DNA of 21,791 nucleotides from Tubiluchus corallicola (Eukaryota; Animalia; Priapulida): NCBI GenBank assembly GCA_030141605.1, contig JAQGDQ010001897.1, positions 1 to 21,791 of the forward strand, read 5' to 3'. Shown piece by piece: positions 1 to 11,243 of this stretch (position 1 is its first letter; each line of letters starts with the position of its first letter). The notes under the pieces were generated by a model. It saw only the letters and a program-made list of their open reading frames with translations, ran no database searches and was not told where the DNA came from. The position numbers and the translations under genes were made by a program.

Positions 1-430
1 GAGACAGAGAGAGACACAGAGAGACAGAGAGAGACACAGAGAGACAGAGAGAGACACACAGAGATAGAGAGACACAGAGACACAGAGAGAGACACAGAGA
101 GACAGACAGAGACAGAGAGACAGACAGAGACAGAGAGAGACACAGAGAGACAGACAGAGACACAAAGAGACACAAAGAGACACAGAGAGACACAAAGAGA
201 CAGAGAGAGACACAGAGAGACGGAGAGAGACACAGAGAGAACAGAGAGAGGCACAGAGACACAAAGAGAGACACAGAGAGACAGAGAGCGACACAGAGAG
301 ACACACAGAGAGACAGAGAGAGACACACACAGAGAGAGAAACACAGAGAGACAGAGAGAGACACAGAGAGACAGAGAGAGACACAGAGACACAGAGAGGG
401 ACACAGAAAGACAGAGAGACAGACAGAGAC

Positions 431-461
<31 letters not shown>

Positions 462-741
462 CAGAAACAGAGAGAGAGACACACACAGAGAGAGACATGG
501 AGAGACAGAGAGAGACACAGAGAGACAGAGAGAGACAGAGAGAGACACAGAGATACAGAGACAGACACAGAGAGACACAGAGAGAGAGAGAGACACACAG
601 AGAGACAAAGGGAGACAGAGACAGAGAGAGAGACAGAGAGATCCAGAGTGAGACACAGAGAGATAGAGAGAGACACAGAGAGAGACACGGAGAGACACAG
701 AGAGACACAGAGAGAGACAGACAGAAACACAGAGAGACAGA
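1..741. repeat. GA-rich degenerate microsatellite (GAGACACAGA / GAGACA variants), runs off the 5' edge
   Basis: Almost exclusively G/A/C short repeats. ORF 497..811 is its translation artefact. Confidence 0.95.
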
Positions 742-826
742 AACTGTAATTTATCGTTTCTTTTTGAAATTTTCATTTTTTTTGTTCAGAATTATGAATA
801 ATTCGTACTAATTTTTTCCTATTTAG

Positions 827-892
827 GTCACATTCAAGATCGAATCTCGTCAATTTATGGACGAGCTGGCCAAAATTTTATTAATGATCTAA
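827..892 (+). CDS. Candidate internal coding exon of an unidentified upstream gene (phase 1-1, HIQDRISSIYGRAGQNFINDL)
   Basis: Branch-like TACTAAT at 806-812, pyrimidine tract and TAG acceptor at 824-826. 66 nt open in phase 1, donor AA|gtatgc. No homology recognised. Confidence 0.3.
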   Translation, partial: VTFKIESRQFMDELAKILLMI

Positions 893-1433
893 GTATGCCT
901 GGTCAAGCTGTAAATAAACATATATTAATTATACTTCAAATACCCGCCCCAGTGGAGTTATGAGAATTTTAAAACAGGGTGTCATTCAGACTGTAGCAGA
1001 CACGCATCTTTCATGAGCTCATGATACCTGCTGAAAGAGAATCTCAATTCATCAAACTCAATGTGGCAATAGGGCAAGACCCTTACTATATATACCACCC
1101 AGCAACTAGTCCTGGATCATTCATTTACTGCCTGTAATGATGTGACAAATATAGGTCATTTTTTACGTCAAAATGGCCAAAATCCGAAAAAAATCAAAAT
1201 GGCGGCCTATCTCCGAAACGGCTCATTTTTGATATCTAATATTTTGGCTGTGGGGTACATCTGAGGGGATCATCCAACCCTGTGAATATGAACAAAATCG
1301 GTGATTTGTCACCTTCCACTATTTTTTGACTTTTGCATGGTTTTCTCGCGGAATGACTCTTAAGACGTACTTATGCTAAGTTTTTTCCTATATAAAATAT
1401 TAAATTTGAAATAAAAAATAAGCCTTTTCTCAG

Positions 1434-1525
1434 TTCCAGCAATGATGATGATAGTGAAAGGTCAAAGGTCAAGTGTACCAGAACGCATTAGTTCTGAGCT
1501 TTCGCTTCTATTGCAATGTAAATAA
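1434..1525 (+). CDS. Candidate terminal exon partnering 827-892 (IPAMMMIVKGQRSSVPERISSELSLLLQCK*)
   Basis: ccttttctcag acceptor at 1423-1433. Open in phase 1 to TAA at 1523-1525, with overlapping AATAAA. Another frame is also open, so the reading is ambiguous. Confidence 0.2.
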
Positions 1526-1639
1526 ATATAATAGTTGTTATGCTTTTTTGTTGCACTTTTTATACATTTTTATGTTGTTGAGTTTTGAAGGGGGTGGGGT
1601 GAGTGATAAAAGGCTGGGGGAGGCAACGGGTATACAATG

Positions 1640-3540
1640 AAAACTTTGCTATGTCATACAAAAATACAAACAAACTATTCTAATTTTTCCTTACAGTTCT
1701 TTGTATGGAGTAGAAACTTTGCTATTTCATACAAAAACACAAATGTAAACTATTCTAATTTTTCCTTACAGTTCTTTGTATGGAGTAGAAACTTTGCTAT
1801 TTCATACAAAAACACAAATGTAAACTACTAAAATTTTTCCTTACAGTTCTTTGTATAGAGTAAAACCTTTGCTACTTCATACAAAAACACAAACTAAACT
1901 ACTATAATTTTTCCTCACAGTTCTTTGTATGGAGTAAAAACTTTGCTACTTCATACAAAAACACAAATGTAAACTACTATAATTTTTCCTTACAGTTCTT
2001 TGTATGGAGTAGAAACTTTGCTATTTCATACAAAAACACAAATGTAAACTACTAAAATTTTTCCTTACAGTTCTTTGTATGGAGTAAAAATTTTGCTAGT
2101 TCATACAAAAACACAAATGTAAACTACTATAATTTTTCCTTACAGTTCTTTGTATGGAGTAGAAACTTTGCTATTTCATACAAAAACACAAATAAACTAT
2201 TAATTTTTCCTTACAGTTCTTTGTATGGAGTAAAAACTTTGCTATTCATACAAAAACACAAATAAACACTTAATTTTCCTACAGTCTTTTATAGAAACTT
2301 TGCATTCATACAAAAACACAAATAAACTATAAATTTTTCACAGTTCTTTGTATGGAGTAGAAACTTTGCTATTTCATACAAAAACACAAATAAACTACTA
2401 AATTTTTCCTGCTTTTATGGAGTAAAACTTGCTATTCATAAAAAACACAAATGTAAACTACTATAATTTTTCCTTACAGTTCTTTGTATGGAGTAAAAAC
2501 TTTGCTAGTTCATACAAAAACACAAATGTAAACTACTATAATTTTTCCTTACAGTTCTTTGTATGGAGTAGAAACTTTGCTATTTCATACAAAAACACAA
2601 ATGTAAACTACTATAATTTTTCCTTACAGTTCTTTGTATGGAGTAAAAATTTTGCTAGTTCATACAAAAACACAAATGTAAACTACTATAATTTTTCCTT
2701 ACAGTTCTTTGTATGGAGTAAAACCTTTGCTACTTCATACAAAAACACAAACTTAAACTACTATAATTTTTCCTTACAGTTCTTTGTATGGAGTAAAACC
2801 TTTGCTACTTCATACAAAAACACAAACTTAAACTACTATAATTTTTCCTTACAATTCTTTGTATGGAGTAAAACCTTTGCTACTTCATACAAAAACACAA
2901 ACTAAACTACTATAATTTTTCCTCGCAGTTCTTTGTATGGAGTAAAAACTTTGCTACTTCATACAAAAACACAAACTTAAACTACTATAATTTTTCCTTA
3001 CAGTTCTTTGTATGGAGTAAAACCTTTGCTACTTCATACAAAAACACAAATGTAAACTACTGTAATTTTTCCTTACAGTTCTTTGTATAGAGTAAAACCT
3101 TTGCTACTTCATACAAAAACATAAACTTAAACTACTGTAATTTTTCCTCACAGGTCTTTGTATGGAGTAGAAACTTTGCTATTTCATACAAAAACACAAA
3201 TGTAAACTACTATAATTTTTCCTTACAGTTCTTTGTATGGAGTAAAAACTTTGCTATTTCATACAAAAACACAAATGTAAACTACTATAATTTTTCCTTA
3301 CAGTTCTTTGTATGGAGTAAAAACTTTGCTACTTCATACAAAAACACAAACTTAAACTACTATAATTTTTCCTTACAGTTCTTTGTATGGAGTAAAACCT
3401 TTGCTACTTCATACAAAAACACAAACTTAAGCTAGTATAATTTTCCTCGCAGTTCTTTTTATGGAGTAAAACCTTTGCTATTTCATACAAAAACACAAAA
3501 TTAAAACTAGTATAATTTTTCTTTATAGTTCTTTTTCTTT
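1640..3540. repeat. 75-bp minisatellite, ~25 copies, with internal dyad symmetry
   Basis: Unit aaactttgctatttcatacaaaaacacaaatgtaaactactataatttttccttacagttctttgtatggagtag. The 25-aa periodicity of ORF 2429..2905 confirms the 75-bp period. Confidence 0.95.
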
Positions 3541-3744
3541 GCGAAATTTTCCCCACAGTGGAATCTTCAAGCGTCATTATGACGTTTAACAATATCAAGT
3601 CCTAAACTTTTAGTCATTGTCCGATTCGGAATAACAGATTTTACGATTAAGTTGCTCGGCTTAGTTTGTTGACGTTATTTTTGCAAAGTGAGTTGAAAAT
3701 CTGAAAAAGCAAAAAGTTGAGCAACTGGATACAAAGTTGAAATA

Positions 3745-3798
3745 ATGACGTCACTGGTTGTGCTGATTTGCATCTTTTACATACTGAACCCTTCTCGG
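3745..3798 (+). CDS. Exon 1 (signal peptide MTSLVVLICIFYILNPSR) of a small secreted cysteine-rich peptide gene
   Basis: ATG at 3745 with A at -3 and an in-frame upstream TGA (3718-3720). Hydrophobic core LVVLICIFYIL. Strong phase-0 donor CGG|gtgaga at 3799 joins in frame to exon 2, where VLS completes a V-x-S cleavage motif. Confidence 0.75.
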
Positions 3799-3963
3799 GT
3801 GAGAAATTTACAATAGTTAAACTAACTTTAATTCTCAGTGTCTGCAATACACAAAGCTTAAAATAGTTAGTGTGGTGCTAAACTAATAATTAATTTATTG
3901 CTAATTAAGTTTCTTCACCTCTTTCTGATTTTATCCTTTTTTGTAATCAATTGTGTTCTTAAA

Positions 3964-5040
<1,077 letters not shown>

Positions 5041-6060
5041 ATTTTAATGGCGAGTAAATATTATATATGTAAAATACCTTGATAATCACATAAAAACTTA
5101 CACTGCTATATTCCAAACTACCATTATTGCATCAGTGTAGTAACGAAAACTAATAACGAATAAAAATATAACTTATTTACAACTATTCACCAAAATTATA
5201 AGTTATGATTTAGTTAATATGGCCGTGGATAAAAAAATACTGTATTAGTGTGTATGTTGTCGTACTGGTGTGACGCTATTTCATATCAAGTTAATATAGT
5301 GATTTTATTTTGTTTTAAATGTTAATAGAGACTTGATTCTTTTTACCTGTATTAGTAGAGAATTCCAAAGTAGAATTGCTTGCTTGATTATAGACTTCGT
5401 TTCATATTGTTTTATATTACTTGTTCTGGAATTGAATTTAAGATTTGAAAAAACGTAAATCTGTTGTTTTGAAAAGGTTTGCTGATGTTGTTAATGTATT
5501 TAAATATAAAGACCAGAGTAAAATGTTCCTTGTGTGCTTCAAAAGTGGTAATTCGCTTTCTGTGACACGGGAAAAGTGCCCTGAGCTAGTGCATGGTCTT
5601 CTGTTTAATCCCATGTAACTTGATGGGATTAATTATTGTGTAACATCCATTACACAAAGCACAACGTGGTGGAATCATGCTTAAGATTGGTTACAAAATC
5701 AAGGCTAAATGCTGAAGTCACAGAACGTCATGATTTAATCATAAAAGTAGCGAACGAGGAAAGCAAGACAGAAATAAACGAAGTTGCAAAATACAGGTCA
5801 ATGTTAAAAATCCGATCTGAAATCCACTAGCATCTGATTTGAAGTGAAAATCGATAATGTCTTTTTCATTTGATGATGAGACATCCGCTGGAGTTCACTT
5901 TGATGTTACAGTTTCTGGCAGTGCAGCATCAATGTGATTTAGATTTCTAAACCGCTCACAACTAAAAATTTAGATCTGCCTCAGGGCGTGCTCTAGGTAG
6001 TTTGACACCCTAGGCAATTTTTTTAGCACCGCCTCCTTAAAGGCCTACTGCTTCCCCGCA

Positions 6061-7658
6061 GACAGTGACTGTCCTCACATATTTACTTATGCTAAAATTA
6101 AAAATTCAGGTTTTATCCAATTATGAAAGCTGTAGTGATGACTGTGACTGTCCTCATGTATTTACTTATGCTAAAATTAAAAATTCAGGTTTTATCCAAT
6201 TATGAAAGCTGTGGTGATGACTGTGACTGTCCTCACGTATTTGCTTATACTAAAATTAAAAATTCAGGTTTTATCCAATTATGAAAGCTGTAGTGATGAC
6301 TGTGACTGTCCTCATGTATTTACTTATACTAAAATTAAAAATTCAGGTTTTATCCAATTATGAAAGCTGTAGTGATGACTGTGACTGTCCTCATGTATTT
6401 ACTTATACTAAAATTAAAAATTCAGGTTTTATCCAATTATGAAGGCTGTAGTGATGACTGTGACTGTCCTCATGTATTTACTTATGCTAAAATTAAAAAT
6501 TCAGGTTTTATCCAATTATGAAAGCTGTAGTGATGACTGTGACTGTCCTCATGTATTTGCTTATACTAAAATTAAAAATTCAGGTTTTATCCGATTATGA
6601 AGGCTGTAGTGATGACTGTGACTGTCCTCATGTATTTGCTTATACTAAAATTAAAAATTCAGGTTTTATCCGATTATGAAGGCTGTAGTGATGACTGTGA
6701 CTGTCCTCATGTATTTACTTATACTAAAATTAAAAATTCAGGTTTTATCCGATTATGAAAGCTGTAGTGATGACTGTGACTGTCCTCACGTATTTGCTTA
6801 TACTAAAATTAAAAATTCAGGTTTTATCCAATTATGAAAGCTGTAGTGATGACTGTGACTGTCCTCATGTATTTACTTATGCTAAAATTAAAAATTCAGG
6901 TTTTATCCAATTATGAAGGCTGTGGTGATGACTGTGACTGTCCTCATGTATTTACTTATACTAAAATTAAAAATTCAGGTTTTATCCAATTATGAAAGCT
7001 GTAGTGATGACTGTGACTGTCCTCATGTATTTACTTATCCTGAAATTAAAAATTCAGGTTTTATCCAATTATGAAAGCTGTAGTGATGACTGTGACTGTC
7101 CTCATGTATTTGCTTATACTAAAATTAAAAATTCAGGTTTTATCCAATTATGAAAGCTGTAGTGATGACTGTGACTGTCCTCATGTATTTACTTATACTA
7201 AAATTAAAAATTCAGGTTTTATCCAATTATGAACGCTGTGGTGATGACTGTGACTGTCCTCATGTATTTACTTATACTAAAATTAAAAATTCAGGTTTTA
7301 TCCGATTATGAAGGCTGTAGTGATGACTGTGACTGTCCTCATGTATTTACTTATACTAAAATTAAAAATTCAGGTTTTATCCGATTATGAAGGCTGTAGT
7401 GATGACTGTGACTGTCCTCATGTATTTGCTTATACTAAAATTAAAAATTCAGGTTTTATCCGATTATGAAGGCTGTAGTGATGACTGTGACTGTCCTCAT
7501 GTATTTGCTTATACTAAAATTAAAAATTCAGGTTTTATCCAATTATGAAGGCTGTAGTGATGACTGTGACTGTCCTCATGTATTTGCTTATACTAAAATT
7601 AAAAATTCAGGTTTTATCCAATTATGAACACTGTGGTGATGACTGTGACTGTCCTCAT
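6061..7658 (+). repeat. 79-bp minisatellite built from the intron 1/exon 2 junction (20 in-register acceptors)
   Basis: Unit = gtatttacttatactaaaattaaaaattcag (31 nt) + GTTTTATCCAATTATGAAAGCTGTAGTGATGACTGTGACTGTCCTCAT (48 nt). Exon-like starts run from 6110 to 7611, a span of exactly 19 x 79. Confidence 0.95.
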
Positions 7659-7740
7659 AACTGCTGCTGTCAAAACACAATCATATACCATGCATTCATC
7701 ACACCTGATGGAATAGTAAAAACCGCTAGCAGAATAGAAA
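7611..7740 (+). CDS. Exon 2 of the cysteine-rich peptide gene (VLSNYEHCGDDCDCPHNCCCQNTIIYHAFITPDGIVKTASRIE + 1 nt)
   Basis: ttcag acceptor with upstream TACTAA. 130 nt, and only phase 0 is open. Perfect donor AA|gtaagt at 7741. Contains 6 Cys. Confidence 0.85.
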
Positions 7741-7797
7741 GTAAGTATAAAATCACGGTAAGATAAGCGACTTTTCTTTTAACTCTCTGATAGTTAT

Positions 7798-9107
7798 TGC
7801 GTGTTGCTGGTCTGCTGTGTCTAGTGTGAACGCTTCGGCGAGTTACTCGAAACAGCAAGTTGTTGGTCTGCTGTGTCTAGTGTGAACGCTTCGGCGAGTT
7901 ACTCGAAACAGCAAGTTGTTGGTCTGCTGTGTCTAGTGTGAACGCTTCGGCAAGTTACTCTAGACACTTCTTAACCGGACTCGACACTCAACAGCAAGTT
8001 GTTGGTCTGCTGTGACTAGTGTGAACGCTTCGGCGAGTTACTCGAAACAGCAAGTTGTTGGCCTGCTGTGTCTAGTGTGAACGCTTCGGCAAGTTACTCT
8101 AGACACTTCTTAACCGGACTCGACACTCAACAGCAAGTTGTTGGTCTGCTGTGACTAGTGTGAACGCTTCGGCGAGTTACTCTAAACAGCAAGTTGTTGG
8201 TCTGCTGTGACTAGTGTGAACGCTTCGGCGAGTTACTCTAAACAGCAAGTTGTTGGTCTGCTGTGTCTAGTGTGAACGCTTCGGCAAGTTACTCTAAACA
8301 GCAAGTTGTTGGTCTGCTGTGTCTAGTGTGAATGCTTCGGCAAGTTACTCTAGACACTTCTTAACCGGACTCGACACTCAACAGCAAGTTGTTGGTCTGC
8401 TGTGACTAGTGTGAACGCTTCGGCGAGTTACTCTAGGCACTTCTTAACCGAACTCGACACTCAACAGCGTGTTGCTGGTCTGCTGTGTCTAGTGTGAACG
8501 CTTCGGCGAGTTACTCTAAACAGCAAGTTGTTGGTCTGCTGTGTCTAGTGTGAACGCTTCGGCAAGTTACTCTAAACACTTCTTAACCGAACTCGACACT
8601 CAACAGCAAGTTGTTGGTCTGCTGTGTCTAGTGTGAACGCTTCGGCGAGTTACTCTAGACACTTCTTAACCGAACTCGACACTCAACAGCGTGTTGCTGG
8701 TCTGCTGTGTCTAGTGTTAACGCTTCGGTGAGTTACTCTAGACACTTCTTAACCGAACTCGACACTCAACAGCAAGTTGTTGATCTGCTGTGTCTAGTGT
8801 TAACGCTTCGGCGAGTTACTCTAGACACTTCTTAACCGAACTCGACATTCAACAGCAAGTTGTTGGTCTGCTGTGTCTAGTGTGAACGCTTCGGTGAGTT
8901 ACTCTAGACACTTCTTAACCGAACTGGACACTCAACCGCAAGTTGTTGGTCTGCTGTGTCTAGTGTGAACGCTTCGGCGAGTTACTCTAGACACTTCTTA
9001 ATCAAACTCGACACTCAACAGCAAGTTGTTGGTCTGTTGTGTCTAGTGTGAACGCTTCGGCGAGTTACTCTAGACACTTAATCGAACTCGACACTCAACA
9101 GCAAGTT
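7798..9107. repeat. 83-bp/56-bp hairpin-forming minisatellite in intron 2 (possible tandem Helitron-like 3' ends)
   Basis: Long unit aacagcaagttgttggtctgctgtgtctagtgtgaacgcttcggcgagttactctagacacttcttaaccgaactcgacactc. The short unit lacks 27 bp (aacagc at 7851 and 7907). Confidence 0.93.
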
Positions 9108-9224
9108 TCACTCTCTCGTATGAACACGCTTTAACGAGTTACTTGGCGAATTAAGTTAACGTGTTTTTTTGCCGACCAATAGTGAATCTTTTTAGTAATT
9201 GATGCACTGTAACGTTTAACTCAA

Positions 9225-9942
9225 GTGAATGAGAAAATGAACGAATGAATAATATAGTATGAATGAATGAATAAATGAATGAATGAATGGACGAATGAAT
9301 AAGTGAATGAATGAATGAATGAACAAATTAATGAAAGAAAGAAAGAAAGAATGAATGAATGAATGAATGAATGAATGAATGAATGAATGAATGAATGAAT
9401 GAATGAATGAATGAATGAATGAACAAATTAATGAAAGAATGAATGAATGAATGAATGAGTGAGTGAGTGAACGAACAAGCGAATGAATGAACGAACGAAA
9501 AAAATGAACGAACGAACGAACTAACAATGAACGCACGAATGAATGGACGGATGAATGAAAAGATGTGTGGACGAATGAGTGAGTGAATGAATGAATGAAT
9601 GAATGAATGAATGAATGAATGAATGAATGAATGAATGAATGAATGAATGAATGAATGAATGAATGAGTGAATGATTGAATGATTGAATGAATGAATGAAT
9701 GAATGAATGAATGAATGAATGAATGAATGAATGAATGAACGAATGAACGAACGAACGAACGAACGAACGAACGAACGAACAAACGAATGAACGAATGAAT
9801 GAATGAATGAATGAATGAATGAATGAATGAATGAATGAATGAATGAATGAATGAATGAATGAATGAATGAATGAATGAATGAATGAATGAATAAATGAAT
9901 GAATGAACGAACGAACGTACGGATGCACGAACGAACGAACGA
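9225..9942. repeat. (TGAA/CGAA)n microsatellite in intron 2
   Basis: Directly visible. Explains the SFIH-type ORFs. Confidence 0.97.
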
Positions 9943-10002
9943 GTGTATTAATAAAAGAATAAAGTGTATTCAGTTGATTAAATGATGTATGCATCTTTTC
10001 AG

Positions 10003-10031
10003 AAAGATGCAGGCGTTGCCCATATGATTGA
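10003..10031 (+). CDS. Exon 3 coding part ((K)RCRRCPYD*) of the cysteine-rich peptide gene
   Basis: tcttttcag acceptor at 9994-10002. The phase-1 join A+AA gives Lys, then AGA TGC AGG CGT TGC CCA TAT GAT TGA. It supplies 2 Cys, making an even 8. Confidence 0.8.
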
Positions 10032-10405
10032 CATTTCATACGAATCCACATTGCACTGGAGATTATGTGCATCCTGGAAACCAAGCAACTAGTAGTGGAT
10101 GCACCATTGCTGGGTGGATTTGGTTAAAAAATTTATGAAAAATAGAAACAATGCTAATTCAACGTTAATTCAACATGCTGTTTACTGAAACCAGACGACA
10201 TTTCGATACAATTTTCGTTGTCAATGTTCAAAATGAAGCGAAACGAAATAATCGGTACATTTACGTTCCTGGAATTACCAAGGAACCATTGATGTCACGT
10301 GACGTCTGCACTCAGTAATGAGCATGTTGATTTCTACAGGCTGATTTCTACAGTTAGTGAATATTCTAATTGTATAAAAACTGAGGAAATTTTTAGTAAT
10401 TATTG

Positions 10406-10446
10406 AATAAACTGATTTCGATTAAACGTACATATGTTGTTGTGTT
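10406..10446 (+). terminator. Polyadenylation signal of copy A (AATAAA, ATTAAA, downstream GT-rich tract)
   Basis: AATAAA at 10406-10411, ATTAAA at 10421-10426 and tgttgttgtgtt at 10435-10446, about 375 nt after the stop codon. Confidence 0.55.
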
Positions 10447-10496
10447 CCTATAACCAAACAAAGAAATTTGATGCCAACCTGTTGCAATATTTTTAA

Positions 10497-10957
10497 CCCT
10501 TTCAGTCCCAAATTATTTTTTAATAAGAGTTTAGTATATTAATATAATATAATAATAATTTTTTTGGCTTGATGCTTTTTTTCCCAATGTATCCTGTGGG
10601 ATACACAACATTCTTTGTCATATGCGAAAAAACAAAGTCCGATTTTTTTAGCACAACGAAAGCAAAAAATGAGCTTCATTTTGCAACTGCTGACAATTTT
10701 TTAAAGTATTTAAGACATTTAGTATGCACGCTATACTGATCTGTACAAAGTCGTCTCTAAGATACTGTACCTTGCGCAGTTTTATGTGCTATGTAGATTT
10801 TTTAGTTTGCCATTTTATCACCATTTTTAGTCTATTGTTATTGGCTTAAATCAAAATAACTATTAACAGATCAAATAACTGTCAGTTTTAAAATCTTATT
10901 AATTTTAAAGACAGAAAATATTCTCGTATCCCCCGGGATACAACGGGTATGAAAGGG
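10497..10957. mobile_element. Non-autonomous piggyBac-like MITE (461 bp)
   Basis: TTAA at 10493-10496 and 10958-10961. TIRs ccctttcagtccc / ccctttcataccc match 11/13. CCC..GGG ends with a TTAA TSD are piggyBac hallmarks. Two internal GTATCC..GGATAC palindromes. Confidence 0.85.
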
Positions 10958-11243
10958 TTAAACAATCATACTTTGCACGAAATGATGACAAAGTCAAAGA
11001 GAAAGTTACCATAATTAGTGCTATTGTTAGTGTTAGATGTTACGGTCAGCGTTAGGGTCAGAGTTAGGGTTAGGATTAGAGTTAAGTTTATCTCGTTTTT
11101 TTCCTGTGCTTTTTTTTCCAGGTGAGTTTTTTACCCGGATTCGTTTGAAAGCTAGCCCAGTAAGTCATTGGTGATGACATTGATCACAAAAATGATTGTA
11201 TAACTAATGAACATATTTCTTTACTCATTTTCTGTGATTGTCT

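Noticed and set aside
1150-1363. Transposon-end-like segment (aaaatggcgg motif, ending gaatgactc|TTAA)
   Set aside because: No matching inverted terminus or second copy in the window, so it cannot be supported.
2429-2905. 158-aa ORF with a 25-aa repeat
   Set aside because: A by-product of a 75-bp unit divisible by 3. It has a non-ATG start, and neighbouring units contain stops and frameshifts.
3539-3556. NF-kB / C/EBP-like sites suggesting an immune-inducible promoter
   Set aside because: Imperfect matches that are also explained as a degenerate final unit of the 75-bp repeat.
5895-5961. Minus-strand terminal-exon candidate (CERFRNLNHIDAALPETVTSK*)
   Set aside because: Weak acceptor, no partner exon found, and short enough to occur by chance.
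7545-7766. ORF 7545..7766 (and mirror 18882..19103) as a single-exon gene with a hydrophobic N-terminus
   Set aside because: Its N-terminus is an off-frame reading of a repeat unit and its end runs through a perfect gtaagt donor. The spliced model gives an even Cys count and a better signal peptide. Use of this ATG cannot be fully excluded.
6061-9107. CRISPR-like appearance of regular repeats with hairpins
   Set aside because: Units are head-to-tail with no unique spacers, there are no cas genes, and the context is eukaryotic.
11046-11090. Telomere-like TTAGGG variants (also 20818-20866)
   Set aside because: Only a few degenerate units. These are common inside invertebrate repeats and are not a telomere.
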